This document shows positions 28,391 to 42,547 of a stretch of DNA of 64,000 nucleotides, in pieces. Source of the stretch: the human T2T-CHM13v2.0 reference genome, Homo sapiens; NCBI RefSeq assembly GCF_009914755.1, contig NC_060934.1; one strand, given 5' to 3'. Position numbers and translations under genes: made by a program. Under the pieces are notes generated by a model that worked only from the letters and a program-made list of their open reading frames with translations, was not told where the DNA came from and did no database searches. Position 1 is the first letter of the stretch. Each line of letters opens with the position of its first letter.

Positions 28391-28884
28391 GAATGTTTGT
28401 GCCTCAAAATTCTTAGAATATTGACTCAAATTAGGATGAGATTCTGATTTCCTTCTTAGTGGAGCTCCCAGAAAGATTAGCTCCTAAAAATTTACTCTGA
28501 AGAGGAAAAAGAAACACATTGGTGTAAGTGACCTTCCAGACGCCTATTGTTCATCATGGTGTGAGTGCTGTGATATTCTCTTTCACTGTTTGGGAGCCAC
28601 ACTATCCCTTAGCCTTGCAAAAGGGAGCTCCTTCTGCGTTCTGTCTTACAACACAGGAAGATAGCACCTCATGGACCAAAGAGAGTCTTCAGCTGCCTTG
28701 ACTTGTCAGGCATTCCTGTGTTAGGATTGACAGAGCATTCCTGGCTGGCACTTAATGAGTGTGCATGCCTGACTTAAGTTTTCCATTAGTGGCCTGTGTG
28801 TGTGCTGGGTTGTGGGGAGTGTTAAAATTTTTGACTTAACATAGTTTGGCAAATGACACAAGTCTTGTAAAAAACTAAATAACA

Positions 28885-29200
28885 GAGCCCAAGTGCAGTG
28901 TATCATGCCTGTAATTCCAGCACTTTGGGAGGCTAAGGTGGGAGGATCACTTGAGCCCAGGAGTTTGAGACCAGCCCGGGCAACATTGTGAAACCGCATC
29001 TCTACAAAAAATACAAAAATTGGTTGGGCATGATGGTATGTGCTTGCAGTCCCAGCTACTTGGGAGGCTGAGGTGGGAGGATTACTTGAGCCCAGGAGAT
29101 AGAGACTGCAGCAGTGAGCCAAGATCACACCACTGTACTCCAGCCTGGGTGACAGAGCAAGACCCTGTCTAAAACAAAACAAACATACAAAAAGGAAAAA
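28885..29200 (+). mobile_element. AluJ-type
   Basis: Full Alu. Confidence 0.93.
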
Positions 29201-29341
29201 AATCAAAAACATACAGGGATCAGTAGAGTTCCTGGAATTCAAGGAATGTTAGATATTGGTTCTTATTTATAACCTAACATAGTTCTCATAAATAACCTGC
29301 TTGCTCTTTTCTCTATGTCTGTCTGTTTGCTCTGGTATTCT

Positions 29342-29640
29342 GTTTTTGTTTTTATTTTATTATATATTTTTTTGAGACAGGGTCTCACTCTGTTGCCCAG
29401 GCTGGAGTGCAGTGGAGCAATCATAGCTCACTGCAGCCTCCAACTTCCAGGCTCAAGCAATCCTCCTACCTCAGCCTCCTGAGTAGCTAGGACTACAGGT
29501 GTGCACCAGCACACCTGGTTAATTTTTGTATTTTTTTGTAGAGACGAGGTCTCACTTTGTTGCCCAGGCTGGTCTTGAACTCCTGGGCTCAAGTGGTCCT
29601 CCTGCCTCAGCCTCCTAAGTGTTGGGATTACAAGCTGCAC
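29342..29640 (-). mobile_element. AluJ-type
   Basis: Full antisense Alu. Confidence 0.93.
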
Positions 29641-31122
29641 TGCTACTCTTGCATCTTCCAGCTTCCCCAATTCTCTCTCTATCCATACCTCCTTCAAATC
29701 TCACTCCTTTTAGGAAACTATCCCGGATTTTCCCAGCTTATCCCCAGTTGTGTTTTCATTCACGTGAATCTACATATTAACTGCCAGAGTTGGTTAGAGG
29801 TGCATGAAGATGGAAATAATACCTTGTCCTTCATTTTATGACCTTCCACAAACACGTAATAAATACTTGTTAAGTCCTTAAACGAGGTAGCAGTCACAGT
29901 ATGGTGAGTTTGCAGATGATGCCTCTTTAATTCATAATTTGAAAGTATAACGTTCTATAAAATTATAAATAATAACTAATCAAGAAGTAGATGATTTTTA
30001 TTCAAGTGAAGATTATTTATTAACAAAAGCATGAAAATAGATGCTACCCTGTGTGGATAATTACTAGATCCACATGAACTTGGCTTTCAGAGAAGTGGAA
30101 TGTGATGTTCTGCTTTTTCATTTGTAAGTCAATCATCCAAAAACCCAGACAGATCTAGGCAAGGAAAGAGAAGGGAGGTAAAATGTAATCAACATAGGCT
30201 GCAATGGCCTGCTTATTCAGCTGTTAAGACATGCAGTAAAATGGAAACTTTTAAATAAAGTGTATGCATTCATTATAACAAAAAAATGAATACATTCAAT
30301 CAAAACATGGGCCTTTAGGATAATAAACGGAGAACAAAAAATAGAATGTGTTGAGATAATCAAGACAAAATAGCTATGATCGTTTTGATCATCTCGATTT
30401 CACTATGGCCCTCCTACAGGGTCCTGTAGTGCATAAAAGTTGTTGGAAAAACAGCTCCGCCTCTAAAAAACACAAGGGAACCAGAAGAGGTCAATCTTGC
30501 ATTTGCATAGTGAAGCATAAAGAATCTGCATTAGAGGTCAGAAAATACAAGTTATTGATCTGTGTCTAATCCTTTAGGTGTGTGAAACTCGGGAAAGTAT
30601 CAGCCTCCATGGATCTCATTTGGCTAAAATGCAAATAAAGAGTTTGAATCTGATGACCTCTAAGGCCCCTTCTGGTCTAAAATTCAGCACAATGCTTGCA
30701 AAGGCTTGGAAGAATCAACTCCTATTACTCTGTGTGTTCAGTTCTTAATTATGAATGGTAAGATGACTGCATCTTTAAAACACTGTCATTTCATGAACCT
30801 GTCATGGGTTGACTACTCTCTAGCTTTGCCATGATGTGGATAGGCATGAGGGTGGGGTTTCACTTTATCATGACGAAAGCCACAGTACAGACCGTACATT
30901 TTCTGCTATATACTTGGAAAGGAGACACTTTCTCAGACTAGAAAATGAATCAGAAGATTGAGGGAAGTTAGGAAGCATGAATCAGGGTTCCTTGGCCTTG
31001 TTGGGAAAAAAAAAAAGACAGATTTTTGAAACACTCTTGAGTGAGAATTGAGACCGTGCTCATACAGGCATAAGCAAGTCAGGAAAATAAGGCAAGCAAA
31101 TTTTATGAAAGGTATGTTTTCC

Positions 31123-31439
<317 letters not shown>

Positions 31440-33553
31440 TTATATAGTTTATAAACGTAAATCCCTCTCTATTCCTCAGAAGTAAAATTCTAGTATTTGC
31501 AGATTTAGTGTTGTATAAAACTTTTTTGTAGTTGCCAGAATTCCAGTTTGCATATAAGCAAAGCTTGAGTCACTCCTATTAAGGATAATTAGAAAAAGAA
31601 GGAGCTGGATATAGAGAAGGGGAAAAGAGAGAAGCATGAAAACAGTAGAAATATTTTTTCAGTGCCACATTATAAAAACAAATAAATTAAAATGTAATAT
31701 TTCTTCCCCCAAACATGAAGATTTGTAGCTCTAAAAACTCCTGAGCTGACTTTTGGTTCTGGTCATGATGAACTAAGAAGTATCAGACTTAACACTTCCA
31801 AAATAATAAGCACAAAACTGGACAAAATGCATGAAGCAGCTGTTTTCAGTCATAGACAACAGACAGCAAAGGGTTGTGATTTTTAGAAGAAAGGAAACAG
31901 TACACTTGCCATGACAGGCTTGGAAGGTACCCGGGGGCACCTTCCACACTGTGCAAGAGGAAAGTGGAACCCAAACAGATAGCAGTGGTCTCACTGTGCT
32001 AAGGAAACAGCAATTTGGTTCAAGGCTGTTAAGGCAGCTAGAATTTGGGGGTTAGAATGCTATAGAGGAGACAGCTTCTCAGAAGAGGAGCTGCAGAAGT
32101 CCTGGATTCACAAAGCGTCTTTAAATCCTTAAATCTTTGGCTGAAGACAAAGTTGCGCACATGGAGGGTAAGACTCTGTGGGGCAGAGAACAGCTACTGA
32201 GGACCTCTGAGCTGAGCAGCGCAGAGGTTCCAGAGGTCACCTGGAGCTGGAAGATGTCAAAGTTCCAACCAGTCAGTGTGGAGAAAACTTGCTGAACATC
32301 TCAGGTATTCAGTTGAGAGCCTAGAAAGGCCACATCTAAAACACGGACTACCCAAGACCTGCCCTAACAAAGCCTAAAACAAGTCTTAGCAAAATCACAC
32401 TAATCCATCAGTAAAGTAACTGGATGCCAGAAGTGAACCAACATACTTAAAAAAAAAACATCAAAATCCAGCACTGGCAGCATTCTCAAAGTCCAGCATA
32501 CAATAAAAAATTACTAGCTGTGACAAAAAGCAGGAAGAAAGTGGACCACAATCAGGAAGAAAATAAATTAATAGAAGCCGACCGAAAGATGACACATGTT
32601 GGAATTCTTGGACAGGACTTTAAAACAGCTATTATAAATTTGTTCAAGGATTTAAAGGAAAAGATGAACTTAAGGAGTTAACAGATACAGAATCTCAACC
32701 AAGAAATGAGAAATATAAAAACAAGGAAGCAAATAGAAATTATAGACCTAAAAAATAAAATGTTTAAAATATAATATTTAATTGTATTGATTTAACAGTA
32801 GATTAGCACTGCACAAGAAAAGGTCAGTGAACTTGCAGACAGCATATCAAAACTGAAGCACAGAGAGAAAAAAATAACTTAAAAACATGGACAGAGCTTC
32901 AGTGCCTTGTGAGACAGCATCACATAATCTAATAAACACAAAGTCACAGAAGAGGAGGAGAGAGAGATTGAGACAGAAAAAAAAATCTAAAGAAATAATG
33001 GCTGAACAATTTTCAAATTCATGGAAAAATTTCAACCCACAAATTGAAGAATTTCACAAGCCTTAGTTAGAACATAGTGATATTCACATCTAGGCACCAT
33101 AGTCAAAATGCTGGAAATCAAACATTAAAATCAGCTGGTGGGGCTGGGGGACAAATCACTTTACATGTAGGAGAATAAGATAATTGTTGACATCTCCTAA
33201 TACAGTACAAGCCAGAAGTCAATGAAATAACATCTTTAAACTGCTGAAGAGGCAGGAGGGGTTTCTATGGGGAACTGTCAATCTAGAATTCTATAAATGG
33301 GAGAAACATCTTTCAAAAATGAAGGTGAAAAGACATTTTCCGAAAAACAAAACTGAGAGACTTTGTTGTCAGCAAGCCTGCACTACAATAAATGTTAAAG
33401 CATGTTCTTTAGGCTGAAGGGAAATAATACCAGTTGGAAACTCAAATCTGTACAAAGAAATAAAGAACACCGGAAATAGTAAATATATAGATAAATGTAG
33501 AAGAACCTTTTGCATTTTTAAAATGTTTTCACAGGTAAATTAAAGCAAAAATA

Positions 33554-33700
33554 GGACTGTGTCTGGTGGCTCACAGCTATAATCCCAGCACTTTGGGAGG
33601 CCTAGGCAGGTGGATTGCTTGAGTCCAGGAATTCGAGACCAGCCTGAGCAACATGGCAAAACCCTGTCTCTAAAAAAAAATTTAAAAATAAAAAATAAAT
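33554..33700 (+). mobile_element. Alu left monomer (FLAM-like), TSD TAAAGCAAAAATA
   Basis: Single arm plus A-rich tail with flanking direct repeat. Confidence 0.85.
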
Positions 33701-33794
33701 AAAGCAAAAATAAAACAATGTGCTGTGGGGTTTATGGTGTATGTTGAAGTAAGATGTTTACAGCACAAAGACCAGAATGTGGTAAGTGGATGTG

Positions 33795-34115
33795 CAGTCA
33801 CCCCTCAGTATCCTTGAGGAATTGGTTCCAGGACCTCCTACGGATACCAAAGTCTGCAGATGTTCAAGTCCCTTATTAAGAATGGCATAGTATTTGCATG
33901 CAACCTACTCACATCCTCCCATATACTTTAAATCATCTCTGGATTACTTCTAATACCTAATACAATGTAAATGCTATATAAATAGTTGTTATCTTATATT
34001 TTTATTTGTATTTTATATTGTTATAGTGTTATCTTTTATTGTTTTTTAAAATATTTTCTGTCCATGGTTGGTTGAATGCCCAGGTGCAGAACCTGTGGAT
34101 ATGGAAAGCCAGCTG
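33795..34115. mobile_element. MER2 (Tigger-derived) DNA transposon
   Basis: cagtcacccctcagtatcc...ggatatggaaagccagctg terminal inverted repeats. Confidence 0.85.
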
Positions 34116-37100
34116 CATATAGTTTAAGATTTTATATGAGAACTGGTATAATAGACTGCATGTAATAAGGATGTAATCGTAACCTCCAGAGCAACCATTA
34201 AAAACAAATACAAAGAGGCATGACTCAAAAATTCAACACAGGGAAAAACAGAGAACCAAAATGCCAAAAACTCAATTAATGCAAAAAATCAGGGAATGAG
34301 ATTTTAGAGAAAACAAAAAACATTTGGGACAAATGGAAAACAAATAGCAAATAAGCCCCTGAGTCAAGTGTAATGATTCCTGGCGGGACTTAGCTTCTAT
34401 GGGAAAAGCCCTTATAAATATTATTATAGTCACTAAATCACATAGCCATGGCAGTCCACAGGCTCAATAGTAATATCTATGATAATTTATACACATTAAA
34501 CTTGTATGAATGGGTTATTAATAATTTCCATTTACTATCTTGTAATCAAGAGAAATTTTTTAGAACCTTCTTACCCAGCAGTTTCAACAAGAATTCTGCT
34601 TTGCTGCAGATAAAATACATTTTGAGACTAAGAGCTATTTCCACAATGATTGAAGTATTTCTGATTCTATGACTGGGAGTTGCTTGGGATAGTCTTGGGG
34701 ATAGACTTTTATTTAAGCTGCCTGGTCCAGACATTCTGAGTATCTGATGCCCTAGCTTCCTGAAGGAGGCAGTGGGGGAGATGAGACTTGAGCACACAGA
34801 CCTGCAGTGGGAGTGTTGCACAGTCCTCGGCATGAACCCTGAGGTTGCCCAGCTGCTGGACTGGAGAGAAAGACACTAAACCAGGCGCACATGTCCCCAG
34901 TGAATGCAGGAGAGTGACCCAAAGGTTGACAGATGGCAGGACTGAGAAACAGATCATGGGTGTTTGTAGACCTAAGTAACCTGAGCCTCAAAGCAGGAGT
35001 TTGTTTATGGCCGAAGTGGAATTCCAGAGGACTTGCTGGGAGGAAGGGTGAATCTAGGGTACCACAAAATCAGATTATGGGAGGGGACAGGTAAATGGAG
35101 GAGGCTTAATTCACTGTTTATTTCTTTCTGGTTTTCCTTTTGCATGTGCTCATGTTGTTTAGGAATTGTTAGTCTGCCTGGGCTGGGCTAAACGGAACGC
35201 AGTAAATTTGTTGTTGCTGTTGTTATTTACAACAGAGCAGGACACTGGACACTGACTGTTCCCAAAAGGAAAGGACGGAATTGAGACCCACGTGTGGACG
35301 CTTTCTCCAGTTTTGGAGATGTTCTTTCTAGAGCTCTTTCTTGCAAAACTCTTGGAGGGCTCCGGATTTCATATATGGGGGCAGATTCTTCCGTTACTGA
35401 GAATGGCTCAGATTTAATTCCATCACTGCTGCTGTAATGTGAACACGAGCAGCTTAACCTCCACGTGGTTCATTTTCCCCACCTATAAACTGTGGAATGG
35501 GATATTTACAATGTACCCAACTGATGGGGAGTCTCATAAAACAAAGTAATTACAAAGACTTTTATGTAGTGTGTGTGTGATAAAATAAAATTGACTGCAT
35601 TTCTACAGCTTTTAAAATAATCCATAATGAAGTCAATGTGCCATTTTACAATGACTAATGAAATTTAATTTAAATACAAACTTTAGTAATTTATAAAATT
35701 GAAAAAAAAAAGCCAAGGATCCAGTTGAATGATGAACACTATTTTCTTGTTTTCTATTGACCTCTTGGTAATCATAAAAGCCAACTTATTACCTACATCA
35801 AAAATTTTGTAAGTCTATTAAGTTTCTAGAGGTGATTTTTACTCCATTATCTTGGTAGTATTTCTGAAAAGGCATTAAATACAAGGACTAGTTTCTCCAT
35901 CTGCTCTGCAACTCTGATTTCCTTGTTTCTAGGGAAATTTACAAAGCTTCTCTTTGAAAAACAAAACAAAACTACTCCATAGCCATCAAATTAAAGAAAA
36001 ACGTTTGCTCAAGTCCTAATTTTTTTCCTAAGGTAAAACTTCCTTTTCAATCCTGCAGTATAAATTGGACTTTTAGGACTTGCTGAAAGCAGTGTCGGGG
36101 GTCAGTTTCCACTGTAGAGTTGTCCTTATAACAAGCTCTGGAAGCATCTTGCTTCATGTTGCCTTGGACCAGATGCCAGTCAAACGAGCAAAAAAGCAAG
36201 CCCAGTTATGTAATTATTTTCCAAACCCAATGTCTTGATGCTTTGTTTTACTTTTAAATGTGGCCAATTTCAAACGCCTCTGGGCTCATGGGCAACATTT
36301 AAACAAATAACACTCACTGACGCAGAGCCCCAGGCAGCCTCTCTCTTACTCAGTCAGGTTTCAGCTGTCTGCATGGCAAAGGTCCTAAAAGAAAGATTTT
36401 GCACAAAGCTTCTGAGGTCAAGAAACCCAAGGCTATGTGGAATAATTTGCTCTTACTTCTTTTTCCATGGTTCTGATTTTTAAGTACGGGGGATTACCCA
36501 TTGCCTGTAGCTCATTAATCACGGTAGCTTTTGATTATGAAAAGTGCTGTCCAAAAGATAGGACTCTGAGGACTTGGCAGGGAGGTTCTCTGCCCGTCCC
36601 TTGAACGTGCCAGAACACCCTGAACTCTGCCAACTATGATTACACTTGGCATTAATTGAAGATGCTGAGAGATATAAGCCTTCCTGAGTTTAGCCACCTG
36701 GAGCAGATTAAAATCTGGGTCCTGCCGGTGAGGAGGTCTGAGGGATTGGGAATACAAGGCTGTTTTAATCTTTTCCAAGTCAGGCTGTTTAGAAATATCC
36801 ATACATCAAATGTTCATGGATCTCATACAATTTCCTTCTCAGGGGAGAATTCAATTACCAGTAACATGAAGTGGGATTAACTTGTTGTGGTGAGCCATCT
36901 GGAGACAGAAGATTCACCATCCCCTGTAAATATGTTCAGAGATTTGCCCCCATGATTTCAAAGAAGTTGCTGAAGGTGCTCAAAGGCACAATGATGTTTG
37001 CTCTGAAAGCCTTGTTCAGTGGACCCAGTGAAATTAAGATGCAACTAGAGGATAATCTAGACCTTCCTCCATGCTGAAATACTTCTCTGCCACAAGAGGG

Positions 37101-37158
37101 TGATATTTGGGTTTCAAGGACCAGACTATTTGTAAAGATACAACAAGAGCCGGTGGAA

Positions 37159-37476
37159 GCCGGGTGCGGTGGCTCACACTTGTAATCCCAGCATTTTGGG
37201 AGGCTGAGGTGGGAGGATCACTTGAGCCTAGGAGTTCAAGACCAGCGTGGGGAACATAGTGAGACCTTCTCTCTACAAACACATACAAAAATTAGCCAGG
37301 CATGGGGGTGCGTGTCTTTAATCCCAGCTACTCAGGAGGTTGAGGCAGGAGGATTGCTGGAATCTTGGAGTTGGCCACTATAGTTAGCCATGATTGCATC
37401 ACTGCACTTCAACTGAGCAACAGAGTGAGACCCTGCCGCCGCCCACCTCGCCCCCCGACAACCCCTGCCAAAAAAA
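37159..37476 (+). mobile_element. AluJ-type with TSD AAGAGCCRGTRGAA
   Basis: TSD at 37145-37158 and 37477-37490; C-rich insert before the A tail. Confidence 0.9.
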
Positions 37477-38134
37477 AAGAGCCAGTAGAACCGTCCTGGA
37501 ACCATACTTCATATGTAAACAAAGGCTCATGAAAATGGAAGTGCATGGACTGGAGGACTAGCAGAGAAATTACTGAGTTAGAATTCAGCTTTCTAGATTT
37601 TTATTCTAGAATGCCAGATAGATAGGGGTGGTTCCCTTGAGGAAAAAAGGAACACATTTAGATTAGCCTCAGAAAGTAAAGGACCCAAAGGAGCACTAGA
37701 GGCAGCAAAAGTCTTCACATATGAATGGAAGAAAAGTAATTGGCAGAGTGTGGGGATAAAGACAAGATGCCTCAGACATGAAGAGCCCAGGAGATCAATG
37801 ACCAGAGGCGGAGTTCCCTGGACCAAACCCAGATTCATCCTGAAATAATGCCAGTCTGCAGAGTAGGAAAGATGCCAGGCCTCTGGAGGGGAAACTCACC
37901 TCTGCTAAAAGGTAAGTGCTAGCCCACCAATTTGGCCAGAAAACCTCTGTGATATGGGAACAGAACCAGATAGATCAGAATAATAAAATACTATTTTTAT
38001 ATTGGTTTTACTAACTGTTCATCATATTTAAATTCATATTTAAATATTAAAATCACCAACAAACTATATACAAAGTATCTTCTTTAACTTGCAAATAAAT
38101 TATGATACATCCAAACAATAGTGAAGCCATTAAA

Positions 38135-38137
<3 letters not shown>

Positions 38138-38165
<28 letters not shown>
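38138..38165. repeat. (AC)n microsatellite
   Basis: About 14 AC units. Confidence 0.95.
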
Positions 38166-38871
38166 TGATTGAATTTTGAGCAATATACATAAGCTTTCGA
38201 GATGCATTTGGTAAGACTAGAATAAGCTTAATTTTTAAAAAGCAGGCAATGGAACTAAGAGAAAAGAAAATTATAAACTAAACTCAATTTTGAACATAAA
38301 TGCAAAAATCCTAAAAAAGACATTGGGAAACCAAATTAAATGCATGTTTTAAAATAACAAATCACATCATGACCAAGTATGGTCATGAAAATGACCTGAA
38401 AATTTCAATGATGACTTAGCATTAGTAGAAACTCTATTAATATAATACACTACATTAACACAGTAAAAGAGAAAAATTATATGATTATCTCACTGCAGCA
38501 GGAAAGTCAACAAATAAAATCCAACGCTCATTCATGACAAAAACTCTTAGTAAACTAGGAATAGAAAGGAACTTCTATATCCTAATAAAGATTAACTACC
38601 AAAAATCTCCAACAATCTATGCTCTGTATCGGGGAAATGTTAGAAGCATTTCCTTTAGAGTCAGGAACAAAACAAGGGCACCTGCTATCACTACTTCTAT
38701 TCAACATTGAATGGGGGTCTCAGCCAGCACAATAAGAAATTAAAGGTATTGGACAGGAAAGGAAGAAAGATGATGTGATAATGAGATTGTTTTCATAGAA
38801 AATCTAAGAAATTCTTCAAGACACATTGTTGAATGCAAGAAGGGAGTTTGGCAAGATTACTCGGTAAAATA

Positions 38872-39221
38872 CAGTCATATACCATATAATGACATTTCTT
38901 TCAACAATAGGCCACATATACCATGGTAGTTCATTAAGATTATCATACTGTATTTTTACTGTACCTTTTCTATGTTTATATATGCTTAGATACACAGATA
39001 CTTGCCATTGTGTTAACAATTGTCTACAGTATTTAGTATAGTCACATGCTGTACAGGTTTGTAGCCTAGGAGCAGCAGGCTATACCATATAGCCTAGTTA
39101 TGTAGTTGGTTGTACCATCTACGTTTGTGTAAGTACACTCTATGATGTTTACACAATGACAAAATCACCTAATGATGCATTTCTCAGGATGCCTCTCTCT
39201 TCGTTAAGCAATACATGACTG
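38872..39221. mobile_element. Tigger3a (MER7-type) with TA TSD
   Basis: TA|cagtcat...atgactg|TA, 350 bp. Confidence 0.85.
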
Positions 39222-41349
39222 TATAAATATACTAAAATTACCCTCAAATACACAACAAGAAGAAATTAGAATGTTTAACACACACACAATAGCAACAAAG
39301 GTTACAAGGTTTCTATGAATAAATATAAGAAAAGATGTACAAGCCCTTTATGGACAATAGCATAAAACTATAGAAAAATATAAAAGAAAACCTAAGTTTT
39401 CTTTTAGTACTTCATTATTTTAACTTATTATTTTAATTTCAAATGTTATTTTAAAAAGCAGCAACTGTCTGCCTCTTACTCTATAAATTCAAAGCAATTC
39501 CAATCAACATTTCAATAGAATTTTTTTATGCTACTAGACTTCACATGGAAGGTGATTCTATATTTCACTTGTATGAATGGAGAGCCAAAAATAGCCAATA
39601 CATTTTTGAAGAAGGAAAATTTATATTTGCCAAATACTAAGGCTTAATATGAAATGATAGTATTGATCCAGCTATCTCACTTCTGAGTATATATCCAAAG
39701 GAATTGAAATCAGCATGTTGAAGAGACATGTGCATTCCCATGTTCATTTCAGCATTAGTCACAATAGCCAAGATATTAAAGCAAGCTAAGTGTCCATCCA
39801 CAGATAAATGGGTAAAGGAAATGTGGTATATCTACACAACAGAATACTATACAGCCTTTAAAAAGAAGGAAATTCTGTCATTTGCAACATGGATGAACCT
39901 GGAGGACAGTGTGCTAAGTGAAATAAGCCAGGCACAGAAAGACTATATGATCTCATTTATACGTGGAATCTAAAAACATTGATTTCATAGAAACAGAAAG
40001 TAGAATGGTGGTTATCAGAGCCAGGGAGGAGTGGGGAGCAGTGGGAGAAGGCAGGGAAAGAGCAGATGTTGGTCAAATGGTACAAAGTTTAATTGGACAA
40101 GAGGAATAAGTTTTGGGTATCTTAAGCCACAGCATGGCAGCCATAATTAATAACAATGTATTGTATATTTCAAAATTACTTAAAGAATAGGTTTTTAAAC
40201 ATTCTTACCACAAAAAAAGTGATAAGGGGTGAGGTGATAGATACATTAATTAGCTTGATTTAATCTTTCTATACTACATCATTTTGAATACCACAAATAG
40301 ATGCAATTATTGATTATTAATTAATTTTAAAATTACAGTATTGAAACTGGTATTGGTACAGAGCTAGAAAACTGGTCAATGGAACAGAATATACTTTTTA
40401 ATAAATGGCTTATTAAATGGACATTTAATAAATGACTCTGACAACTAGCTCTCTATGTGGAAAAAGACTAAATTAGATCCCTACATCACACTATACCCCA
40501 AATGCATTTTCAAGTGGACTAAAAACTGAAATGTGAAGCTTTAGAAGACAACCTAGGAGCATATCATTATTACATAAGATTCATTAGAATAAATAAAATA
40601 GATTTTAAAAATCCATAGCTGAAAATTTAAAAAAAATTGACTGAGAAAACAAGGTGGAAACGGATACCTACAGTAATGACAAGAATATGTACTGTTTGTA
40701 GAAAATTATATGCACACATATGGGAATAAACATGATAAAAGTGCATAAATAAACTATAAGCATAAAGCTAGACAAATTTAACTACTTAAAAAACAAAATA
40801 TCTATAGAAAAAAATATCATGAGCAAAGTAAAACTCCAATCCACATAATGGAAGAAAATAATTGGAATCCATATATTCAATAAACAGTTGATGTGCATAA
40901 TAATAAAGGATTCCAATAAGGCTGTAATAAAAAAGAAATACTCGGAAAGAAAGAGACAACATGTCCACAATTCAGAAGGAAAGCCGCAGTGGCCAGTAAA
41001 TATCTGAAAAAATTCTAAATCCCATTAACAATCAGGGAACTGAAAATTAAAAATCAATGAGACCCCATTTTGTACCCACCACATAGGCAAAAACTAGTAA
41101 ATCTCATAACATCAAATATTGGGGAAGATGTAGGGAAAACAGGAACCCACAGACACTGCAGGTACAACTACTTTGACGAATGATGGGGAGTCCTAGGAAA
41201 ACTGAAGATGAGTGTATTCTTTGATCCATGAGTTCCATTTCTAGATGTCTACTCTAATGAAATCTTGCATGCACAAGGAGACTTGTATGAAGCTGTTCAT
41301 TGTAGCATGGTTTGTAATAGCTAAAGAATGAAAGCATTTCAATTTTCTG

Positions 41350-41713
41350 AACTAGTCCATTTTCTCACTGCAGTAAAGAAATACCTGAGACTGGGCATTC
41401 TATAAAGAAAAGAAGTTTAATTGGCTCACAGTTCCACAGGCTGTACAGGAATCATGGCTAGGGAGGCCTCAGGAAACTTACAGTCGTGGCAGAAGGTGAG
41501 GGGGAAGCAGGCATGTCTTACCTGGCCAGAGCAGAAGGAAGAGAGAGAGGTGGGAGGGGCTACACACTTTCAAACAACCAGATCTCACGATAACTCACTC
41601 ACTCTCATGAGAACAGCACTAAAAGGAAAATCCACCCCCAAGATCCAGTCCCACACTGGGGATTACAATTGGACATGAGATTTTGGCGGGGGACATAGAC
41701 TCAAACCACATCA
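41350..41713 (-). mobile_element. MSTA MaLR LTR
   Basis: aagaaatacctgagactggg...ggctcacagttccacaggctgtacagg...aaaccacatca. Confidence 0.85.
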
Positions 41714-42134
41714 TGTCTATAAGGAGGATAATGGATATCCTCCAGTTTATTGATACAATGGATTCTCTTCAACAGCTAAAATGAATGAACTCAAACTCTC
41801 TCTCTCAATAAATCTTTTAAAAGCATAATACTGAATGATAAATTCAAGTTGCAAATGTATACAGACAGTATGATACCTCTCGTGAGGTTTTAAAATACAC
41901 TGAATGATGGCTTAAACTCTTTTAACATACAGTCATCTGTTAAAAAAGTACAAAAACACACATGGAAATGGGGAGAAAGATAAGGAAAGGAGGAGAATGG
42001 GGAATGAGAATTTACATGTATTTCCATGTTTAGTCAACAGAGAGAGAGAGAGATTGGGCAATGTTGGAAGACAGGAGTCTGAGGCAAATATTTAAAACTT
42101 TTAACCTCTGCATGTTAGTACACTCTGCTTGTTA

Positions 42135-42547
<413 letters not shown>

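Larger units (their letters stand above)
31745..34350 (+). mobile_element. Old L1M 5' region/ORF1 remnant, interrupted by an Alu monomer and MER2
   Basis: A-rich L1 ORF1-like blocks (aaagaaataatggctgaacaatttt, aagcctgcactacaataaatgttaaag). Confidence 0.75.

Noticed and set aside
30414-30429. CTACAGG-gt-CCTGTAG palindrome
   Set aside because: 7-bp arms are expected by chance in 64 kb; no supporting context
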